This document shows positions 57,411 through 64,000 of a stretch of DNA of 64,000 bases, piece by piece (the first letter of the stretch is position 1; every line of letters begins with the position of its first letter). Origin of the DNA: an uncultured bacterium (GTDB taxonomy: Bacteria > Pseudomonadota > Gammaproteobacteria > Burkholderiales > Burkholderiaceae_E); assembly GCA_903907905.1 (NCBI GenBank), contig CAIVPX010000137.1, forward strand, positions 3,352 to 67,351, read 5' to 3'. The notes under the pieces are model-generated. The model was not told the origin of the DNA and ran no database searches. It saw only the letters and a list, made by a program, of their open reading frames with translations. Made by a program: the position numbers and the translations under genes.

Positions 57411-58984
57411 TCGGCCAGGCGTGGGGGGGCTGCCCCCAAGGGGGTTCGATCGGCGAGCTTCGGAAACCGCAGCGTGACGCGCACCCCTGTGCCTGCGCCC
57501 CGGTGGGCGGGCCAGAGCAGCCCGTCGGCGAGGCTGATCGAGGCGCCGTGCTGGAGGGCGATTTCCTTCACGATCGACAGTCCCAGGCCGCTGCCTTCGG
57601 CGGTGCCGCCCAGCACGCGGTAAAAGCGCTCGAAGACCAGTTCGCGCTCGGCGGGCGCAATGCCCACCCCGTCGTCTTCCACGTCGAGCAGCACGTGCTC
57701 ATCGGTCGATGACACCCTGACGGTGACGACGCCGCCGGCCGGCGTGTAGCGCAAGGCGTTGTCGATCAGATTGACGACGAGTTCGCGCAGCAAGATCGGG
57801 TGGCCGTTGATGCGCGCGGCTTCATCGTCGCCCCCATAGCCCAGATCGATCTGCTTGCGCAGCGACTCGGCATAGCAGTCGCCCAGGATAGTTCGTACCA
57901 AGGGGGCGAGTTCGAGCGGTTCGAGCCGGATGGCGTCGCGCAGGTTTTCCGTGCGTGCGAGCGCGAGCAACTGACTCACCATGTGGGCACTGCGCTCGGC
58001 GCTTTCTGCAAGCTGCTCGAGCGATTTGCGCAGCTCACCCGGGTTGGTTTCTCTCAAGGCAAGTTCCGACTGCGTACGAAGCCCCGCGAGCGGCGTCTTC
58101 AACTGGTGCGCGGCGTCGGCGATGAATCGCGTCTGCGCGGCCAGCGTCTGGGCCTGTCGTTTTAGCAGGTCGTTGAAGGCATTGACCAGCGGCGATAACT
58201 CTTCGGGGGCCAGTTTGGCGTCGATGGGCGAGAGGTCATCGGGTCTGCGCTTGCGGATGTTTTCCTGCAGCAACTTGAGCGGGGCGAGTCCTCGGCTGAG
58301 ACCAAACCAGACCAGGGCCAGCGCAAGCGGAAGAATCAGGAACTGGGGAAACAGCACGCCCCGGATGATCTCGCTGGCGAGTGCATTGCGCGTATCGAAG
58401 GTTTCGGCCACCTGAATCAGCATGGGTTGCTGATTGGGGTCGGGCTGCATCGCATAGGTATAGGCGATGCGGATGTCGGTGCCGTGCCAGACGGCATTTC
58501 TCAGCTTGGTTTGTCCCGGCGAGGGGAAATCATATAGATCGGGGCGGGGCAGGTCGGTGTCGCCCGCCAACGTGCGGCCGTCGCTGTCGACGATCTGCAG
58601 CCGCAGCGACTCGCCGTCGTTCAGCAGGGCCAGCTTTTCGACCGTCTGCAGCAAGGCGCTGCGCCTGGCGTTGTCGACGATCATCATCTGCTCGCGCAAG
58701 GTGCTGGTGCGATCGATCAGCGCCTGATCAAAGGGCGCATCGGCCAGCGAGCGAGCCACCACGAAGGTGATGGCGACAGACAGGGGCCACAGCAGCATGA
58801 GCGGCGCGAACATCCAGTCGAGGATCTCGCCGAACAATGAGCGCTGCTCGCTGGGAAAGAAGGGATTGCTCGGTTTGCGCGACCGAACCGGGCGTCGGAC
58901 CGCAGGGTACAGCGTCCGGTTCGGGCTCTCCCGTGTGCTCACCCGACCGGACAGGACGGTGCCCGGATGCTCGGGCCGGTTCAT
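57389..58984 (-). CDS. two-component sensor histidine kinase (QseC/TctE-like)
   Basis: ORF 57389..59620 is over-extended. The ATG at 58984 overlaps the regulator stop (ATGA). Two TM segments, H-box FIADAAHQLKTPLAG, N/G boxes (NLIDNALRYTP, GSGLGLSIV). The true start may lie further downstream. Confidence 0.85.
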   Translation of the reverse strand: MNRPEHPGTVLSGRVSTRESPNRTLYPAVRRPVRSRKPSNPFFPSEQRSLFGEILDWMFAPLMLLWPLSVAITFVVARSLADAPFDQALIDRTSTLREQMMIVDNARRSALLQTVEKLALLNDGESLRLQIVDSDGRTLAGDTDLPRPDLYDFPSPGQTKLRNAVWHGTDIRIAYTYAMQPDPNQQPMLIQVAETFDTRNALASEIIRGVLFPQFLILPLALALVWFGLSRGLAPLKLLQENIRKRRPDDLSPIDAKLAPEELSPLVNAFNDLLKRQAQTLAAQTRFIADAAHQLKTPLAGLRTQSELALRETNPGELRKSLEQLAESAERSAHMVSQLLALARTENLRDAIRLEPLELAPLVRTILGDCYAESLRKQIDLGYGGDDEAARINGHPILLRELVVNLIDNALRYTPAGGVVTVRVSSTDEHVLLDVEDDGVGIAPAERELVFERFYRVLGGTAEGSGLGLSIVKEIALQHGASISLADGLLWPAHRGAGTGVRVTLRFPKLADRTPLGAAPPRLADHFAPGA

Positions 58985-59667
58985 GGGCGTGAGGTGCCTT
59001 CGCCGTCTCGCTGCAGGCTGTAGCCCAGGCCCCTGACGGTGGCCACGTGCACATCCCCACCTTCGAGCTTCTTGCGCAGTCGGTGCACATAGACCTCGAT
59101 GGCGTTGTGACTCACCTCTTCGCCCCAGCCACAGAGGTGTTCGACGATCTGCTCCTTGCTCACCAGACGGCCGGTGCGCTGCAACAGGATCTCGAGCAGG
59201 CCCAGTTCGCGGGCCGACAGATCGAGCGCCTGCGAGTCGATCCAGGCCTTGTGCCCGACCTGATCGTAGGAAAGCGAGCCCAGCTTGAGCAGGGCACTTG
59301 CCGAGCCCATGCCTCGACGCACCAGCGCCCGGATGCGCGCTTCCAGTTCGGAAAGCGCGAAGGGCTTGGCCATGAAGTCGTCCGCCCCCAGATCGAGCCC
59401 ACGGACTCTTTGCTCGACCGAGTCGGCCGCGGTGAGGATGAGCACTGGGGTTGACTTGCCGCGGGCGCGAAAGCGCTTCAGCACGTCGATACCCGGGAGC
59501 CGTGGCAGGCCGAGATCGAGGATCACGAGGTCGTAGTCCTGCGTGCTCAGGGCCGTGTCGGCCTCGTTGCCGGCGGTGACATGATCGACTGCGTAGCCGG
59601 CCGACCGAAGCGATCGGCACAGGCCATCGGCCAGCACGCGATCGTCTTCGGCGACCAGGACCCTCAC
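58981..59667 (-). CDS. OmpR-family response regulator
   Basis: 228 aa. GTG start. Receiver MRVLVAEDD...[10 protein letters not shown]...ILTA, plus a winged-helix C-terminus ([11 protein letters not shown]). Confidence 0.9.
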   Translation of the reverse strand: MRVLVAEDDRVLADGLCRSLRSAGYAVDHVTAGNEADTALSTQDYDLVILDLGLPRLPGIDVLKRFRARGKSTPVLILTAADSVEQRVRGLDLGADDFMAKPFALSELEARIRALVRRGMGSASALLKLGSLSYDQVGHKAWIDSQALDLSARELGLLEILLQRTGRLVSKEQIVEHLCGWGEEVSHNAIEVYVHRLRKKLEGGDVHVATVRGLGYSLQRDGEGTSRP

Positions 59668-60563
59668 CGGTCGCTTCCCCGTTTCTGGTTCAGGGCGAAG
59701 GCCCGCGCCAGGCGGATCTCATCGCGGGTGCGCTCGGCGGCTGTTGCCGCCAGCCGGGCAAAGTCGACGCCCTGGCCCGCGTACAGGATGGCCCGGGATG
59801 AATTGATGATCATGCCGTAGCCCTCATGCGCCAGACCCGCCGACACCGTGGCCTGCACGTCGCCGCCCTGGGCCCCGATGCCGGGGACCAGCATGGGCAT
59901 GTCGCCAGTGAGCTGGCGCACGCGAGCGAGCTCCTCGGGGAAGGTGGCGCCCAGCACGAGGCCGATTTGCCCCGAGGTGTTCCAGGGGCCCGCGGCGAGA
60001 CGCGCGACGCGTTCATAGAGTTTTTCGCCACCGACATCGAGCGACTGCAGATCGCTGCCGCCCGGGTTGGAGGTGCGGCACAGCAGAATCACGCCCCGAC
60101 CGGGCCAGGCCAGCCAGGGCTCAATCGAGTCGAATCCCATGTAGGGGTTGATCGTGACCGCGTCGGCAGCGTAGCGCTCGAAGGCCTCGGCCGCATAGCG
60201 CTCGGCGGTGGAGCCGATATCGCCGCGCTTGGCATCGAGAATGACCGGAGTACCGGGGTGGGTCGCGTGGATGTGTGCGATCAGCGCCTCGAGTTGCGCC
60301 TCGGCCCGTGCCGCAGCGAAATAGGCGATTTGCGGCTTGAAGGCGCACACGAAGGGCGCGGTGGCGTCGACGATCTCGCGGCAGAACGCGAGGATCGCCT
60401 CGGGCCCGGTGCCGAGCGAGGCCGGGATGCGCTGCGGATCGGGATCGAGGCCCACACACAGCATGGAGTCCGAGCGTTGCCAGGCACTTCTGAGCGACAA
60501 TGCAAAGTCAGTCAAGGCGAATTCCGCAAACGATGTCAACAGTGTCAGCGATTCTAGCCCCAT
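59664..60563 (-). CDS. pyrF: orotidine-5'-phosphate decarboxylase, type 2
   Basis: ORF 59664..60950 is over-extended. Conserved region [16 protein letters not shown] ... [13 protein letters not shown] ... [10 protein letters not shown]. The ATG at 60563 is proposed as the start, but a nearer non-ATG start is possible. Confidence 0.8.
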   Translation of the reverse strand: MGLESLTLLTSFAEFALTDFALSLRSAWQRSDSMLCVGLDPDPQRIPASLGTGPEAILAFCREIVDATAPFVCAFKPQIAYFAAARAEAQLEALIAHIHATHPGTPVILDAKRGDIGSTAERYAAEAFERYAADAVTINPYMGFDSIEPWLAWPGRGVILLCRTSNPGGSDLQSLDVGGEKLYERVARLAAGPWNTSGQIGLVLGATFPEELARVRQLTGDMPMLVPGIGAQGGDVQATVSAGLAHEGYGMIINSSRAILYAGQGVDFARLAATAAERTRDEIRLARAFALNQKRGSDR

Positions 60564-61542
60564 GTGCCGGCGGTCGCGCAAGGCGTGTCGCCTGGCGGTC
60601 GCGGGCCCTGCCGGCCTTACGCCGCGGCGGTTCCTGTTCTTGAAAACCAGCGCTGATCGGCTCGCCGGCCGCGAACTCTGGCTGCTTGGCTTGCTCACCC
60701 TCATCTGGGGCATGAACTGGCCGATCATGAAGGCGGGTGTCAACGATATTCCCCCCATGACCTTTCGGTCCCTCACCATGATCGTGGGGCTACCTGTGCT
60801 TTGGCTGATGATCCGATCGCAGGGCAACACGCTGCGGGTGGCGCGCGAGCACTGGGGAGAACTGTTTCGGATCGCGATGACCAACATGGTGATCTGGTAC
60901 ATCTGCGTGATGTACGGCGTCGCGATGCTCTCTTCGGGACGAGCGGCCATCCTTGGTTACACGATGCCGATCTGGGCGGCCCTGCTGGGCATCGTGATGT
61001 TCGGCGAGCGTCCGGGGCCACGTCTCGGGCTCGGCGTGCTGGCGGCGGCGTGCGGCGTGGGGCTGCTGATGGCGGGTGAGATGGCGGCGCTCAGCGGCAG
61101 CCCGGTCGGCGCGCTCTTCATGCTTGGGGCGGCGCTCTCATGGGGGCTCGGTACCCATCTCATGCGCCGCCGAAAACAGCCTGCCTCCGTCGCCGTGATC
61201 ACCTTCTGGTCGGTCGCACTGGCGCTGATCGTCTGCGGATCGCTGGCCCTGGTGACCGAGCGCGGGCAATGGGATGGACAGGCCTCGTGGGCGGCCTGGT
61301 TCTCGCTGGCCTATAACGGTGTCATCGTCTTCGGCGTCGCGCAGCTGCTCTGGTTCCGGCTGGCGACGCTGCTGCCACCGGTGGCCAGTGGCCTGTCGGT
61401 GATGCTCATTCCAGTAATCGGTCTTTTCTCGGGCTCCTTGCTGCTGGCCGAGCCCTTGCACTGGCACGACTGGGCGGCGCTTGCGTGCGTGCTGAGCGCC
61501 ATTGCCACCGTGCTGCTGCCGGCAAGAAAGCCGCAGGACTGA
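60562..61542 (+). CDS. EamA/DMT-family transporter
   Basis: ORF 60337..61542. 10-TM-like pattern with [11 protein letters not shown] (EamA). Start is uncertain: the ATG at 60562 would be back-to-back with the pyrF start. Confidence 0.7.
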   Translation: MCRRSRKACRLAVAGPAGLTPRRFLFLKTSADRLAGRELWLLGLLTLIWGMNWPIMKAGVNDIPPMTFRSLTMIVGLPVLWLMIRSQGNTLRVAREHWGELFRIAMTNMVIWYICVMYGVAMLSSGRAAILGYTMPIWAALLGIVMFGERPGPRLGLGVLAAACGVGLLMAGEMAALSGSPVGALFMLGAALSWGLGTHLMRRRKQPASVAVITFWSVALALIVCGSLALVTERGQWDGQASWAAWFSLAYNGVIVFGVAQLLWFRLATLLPPVASGLSVMLIPVIGLFSGSLLLAEPLHWHDWAALACVLSAIATVLLPARKPQD

Positions 61543-61543
61543 G

Positions 61544-61566
61544 CGGGGCTGTGGCGCGCAGCCCCG
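61544..61566. terminator. GC hairpin between convergent eamA-like and dienelactone hydrolase genes (CGGGGCTG-N7-CAGCCCCG)
   Basis: 8-bp perfect stem read from the sequence, 2 nt after the EamA stop. No strong U-tract. Confidence 0.4.
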
Positions 61567-61586
61567 TCGATCAGCAGCAGGGCGTC

Positions 61587-62264
61587 TCAGCCCAGGTGCT
61601 GCTTCCAGAAGGCCAGCATGCGCGCCCAGGCGAGCTTGGCACTGACGGCATCGTGCACGGCCTCGCGTTGCTCGTTCACGAAGCCGTGGTCGGCCTCATA
61701 CATGTGAAATTCGACGCGCTTGCCGGCGGCCGTCACGGCCGCTTCGAAGGCGGTGACGGCCTGCGGGGTGCACCAGTCATCGCGGCTGGCGAAGTGGCCC
61801 TGCAGGGGGATGCGGACCTGAGCGGGGTCGGCGGCCTGGGCCGGCGGCAAGCCATAGAAACACACGCCCGCGTCGAGTTCCGGGATGCGCACTGACCCGA
61901 TGACCGTGACGGCCCCGCCCATGCAAAAGCCGGTCAGCCCGGTCTTGAGTCCCTGCGACTTGAAGTACTGCACGGCGCCCCGCACCGCGTTGTCGGTGGC
62001 GTCGATGAAGTCGAGCGAGGTCATCGCCCGGTTTGCGGCATCCGGATCGTGATAGGGGACCGCGATACCGTTGTAGAGGTCCGGTGCGAGTGCGTGATAG
62101 CCGTCGGCCGCAAGCTGGTCGCAGATTCCTTTGATCTGATCCTGCAGGCCCCACCATTCCTGGATGACGACCACGCCCGGGGCGTCGGCGCGCTGCGTGT
62201 TCGCGAGATAGCCACGGGCACGGGCCTTGTGGTCGGCCCGGTCGAATTCGATCATCGTCCCCAT
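61587..62264 (-). CDS. dienelactone hydrolase family protein
   Basis: ORF 61587..62537. ATG at 62264 is preceded by AGGAGG. DLH pattern VVVIQEWWGL and Cys nucleophile elbow GFCMGG. Confidence 0.85.
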   Translation of the reverse strand: MGTMIEFDRADHKARARGYLANTQRADAPGVVVIQEWWGLQDQIKGICDQLAADGYHALAPDLYNGIAVPYHDPDAANRAMTSLDFIDATDNAVRGAVQYFKSQGLKTGLTGFCMGGAVTVIGSVRIPELDAGVCFYGLPPAQAADPAQVRIPLQGHFASRDDWCTPQAVTAFEAAVTAAGKRVEFHMYEADHGFVNEQREAVHDAVSAKLAWARMLAFWKQHLG

Positions 62265-62394
62265 GTTGAATATGCCTCCTTGTTGACGGGTCGGTGTAGC
62301 GCGGGTCCTGCGCCAACGCGGGCCCCACACCAGACGCAAAGTCGAATCATAATGCGCGGACGGGCCCCAGTCGCACGCAGCCGGCTGGATCGGC

Positions 62395-63855
62395 TCAGTG
62401 GCCTGGAACCGGTCGACCCGCTGGGGGGCAGGCGCTCGCGGCGTGATGGGGCCCGGTGAGGGCGACTCGTACCCGGTGAAGCTTGCCGCTGACGGGGTCA
62501 GCCTGTGGCTTTTGCGCGTCGAGCCGAAGGTGCGCATCGACGCCCTGGCTGGCCAGGTAGTGCCGCAGGCCCGCCTGCACGCGGTGCCAGGCCACCTGCC
62601 TCGGTACGCCGGGCGGTGCGACGAGCCGAACAGCCAGCGTGTCGGTGCCGGTTTGCAGCAGTTGAAAATCGTGCACGCCTGCCTGATCCTCGATCACGCT
62701 CTCGATCGCGAGGGGCACGATGCGGACCGCGCGCCCCCTTTGAGTCTTGAGGGTCATCACGTCGTCACGCCGCCCCTCGACGCGGATTCTCGGCAGCGTG
62801 CAGCCGCAGCCGCACGGGTCTGCGAGCAGGGTCACGCTGTCGCCGATCTCGTAACGAATGATGGGCTGGACCCGGTTGCACAGGTTGGTCAGCAGGGTAG
62901 TGGCCGACGGCTCACCAGGCGGGACCGGCCGATACTGAGCGTCGACCGGCTCGAGGATCACCCAGTCGCTGTTGAGGTGGAGCGATCCCCGGTCGCAGCT
63001 GAAGGCCATGTTCATGCATTCCGAGGCGCCATACTCTTCGTGCACCGGGCAGCCGAACACCTGCTGCAGATGCGCCGATTCGACCCAGCCCAATTCCTCG
63101 CCGCCGCTCCAGAGCGCTGACGGGTTCAGATGCAGCCTGCCCGCCTCGCGCTCAGCCGCGAGCACGGCGAGCATCGTGGGGTAGCTCGACAGCAGCGCCG
63201 GCTGCCAGTCGTTGAGCTGAGCCACCAGCCGATCGATGGGTTCCAGGACAGAGAAGGCGCGGGCTCGAAGCGACAGCCAGGGGTGAAGTTTGCGCTGTCG
63301 CTCCCAGGATACGATCCCGGCAAAGTGTCCGCCGGTGGCGGCGATCATGGCCATGCGCTCGCCGCCTGCGAGGCTGCGCCACACGAACCCTGCGCCGCCG
63401 GCGCCGGCCATGCGCAGCGTGAGCAGTGCCTCGTAGACGGCGAGCGCCTCCTGATCGTTGACATATAGACCCGGCAGTCCGGTGGTCCCGGAACTGGTCC
63501 AGACGGCGTAGCGACCGAGAAAGGGCTCGCCCCGGCGCGCCGGGTCTGCGATGAAAGACTCGACATCGCGACGCCGGATCGCCCGGTCGGTGACCCAGTC
63601 GTCGAAAGACGCCATCAGGCTTTTTCGGCTCACCGGGGGTAGCGCCTCGATCGGCGGCCTTTTCGGCAAGTTGCGATAAAGCGCCGCGTAGAAGGGCGAG
63701 TGCTGGCGGGCGTGGGCAAGCAGGGCATCGAACCGCGTTTGGGCGAGGGCCCGGACCTGTTCGGCGGTGGCGTGGGTACTCCACATCACCGACGGGGCCT
63801 GACGCCCCCAGCGCAGCAAGTCGTCCGCGCCGAGCAGCAGATGCCAGAGCGCCAT
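62395..63855 (-). CDS. PaaK / coenzyme-F390-synthetase-like adenylate-forming enzyme
   Basis: ORF 62395..63942. ATG at 63855 (MALWHLL...). ANL P-loop WTSSGTTGLPG, then YGASE and IRYEIGD-type motifs as in the phenylacetate-CoA ligase family. About 486 aa. Confidence 0.7.
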   Translation of the reverse strand: MALWHLLLGADDLLRWGRQAPSVMWSTHATAEQVRALAQTRFDALLAHARQHSPFYAALYRNLPKRPPIEALPPVSRKSLMASFDDWVTDRAIRRRDVESFIADPARRGEPFLGRYAVWTSSGTTGLPGLYVNDQEALAVYEALLTLRMAGAGGAGFVWRSLAGGERMAMIAATGGHFAGIVSWERQRKLHPWLSLRARAFSVLEPIDRLVAQLNDWQPALLSSYPTMLAVLAAEREAGRLHLNPSALWSGGEELGWVESAHLQQVFGCPVHEEYGASECMNMAFSCDRGSLHLNSDWVILEPVDAQYRPVPPGEPSATTLLTNLCNRVQPIIRYEIGDSVTLLADPCGCGCTLPRIRVEGRRDDVMTLKTQRGRAVRIVPLAIESVIEDQAGVHDFQLLQTGTDTLAVRLVAPPGVPRQVAWHRVQAGLRHYLASQGVDAHLRLDAQKPQADPVSGKLHRVRVALTGPHHAASACPPAGRPVPGH

Positions 63856-64000
63856 CGGGTTCCATGCCAGGTCTGCTGTTCGGTCCACGCGGGATTCCCG
63901 TCTGAAGCGCAGAGAACCCGGATTGGGCTCAGCCCTCGTCAATTTAGCCGCGTGCCCCTGGCGCTGCGTTGATTCGGGTCATCGGTGATCAGCCCGACCC

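Overview
This is a high-GC chromosomal segment that looks betaproteobacterial (Burkholderiales-like). That assignment is an inference from gene content, the many Bug/Tct genes and synteny. Nearly all coding is on the minus strand.

Most of the window is conserved housekeeping synteny:
- ybgC-tolQRA-tolB-pal-cpoB followed by tRNA-Lys
- ruvCAB, then purH-fis-dusB
- ubiH-like and pepP
- amgK/murU divergent from lptD-surA-rsmA
- gloA, plsC and glyQS
- lnt-corC-ybeY-phoH-miaB
- pyrF

Three accessory-looking stretches sit between these blocks:
1. 1-16.5 kb holds a long co-directional catabolic/uptake operon. It runs HAPMO-like Baeyer-Villiger monooxygenase, LivKHMGF-type ABC importer, acyl-CoA synthetase, TetR, enoyl-CoA hydratase. 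The stretch also holds a jelly-roll-like lipoprotein, an alpha/beta hydrolase, a tiny beta-rich secreted protein and a split tctC / tctBA locus.
2. 48.9-57.4 kb holds a secreted lipase-like hydrolase, two tandem Bug receptors, a beta-lactamase-fold protein that appears to have lost its SxxK nucleophile segment, and tRNA-Met(CAT). It also holds an ~850-aa orphan lipoprotein of locally lower GC and a Blc lipocalin.
3. 57.4-64 kb holds an OmpR/HK pair, an EamA exporter, a dienelactone hydrolase and a PaaK/F390-synthetase-like adenylating enzyme.

I found no rRNA, CRISPR array, integrase, transposase or recognisable defence or toxin-antitoxin module. The most unusual single object is the orphan 850-aa lipoprotein at 53945-56497. 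I could not support a multi-gene novel system from sequence alone.

Many long ORFs in the six-frame track are antisense or out-of-frame shadows typical of high-GC DNA, or 5' over-extensions. Where a start was moved, the start codon was checked by eye in the sequence.
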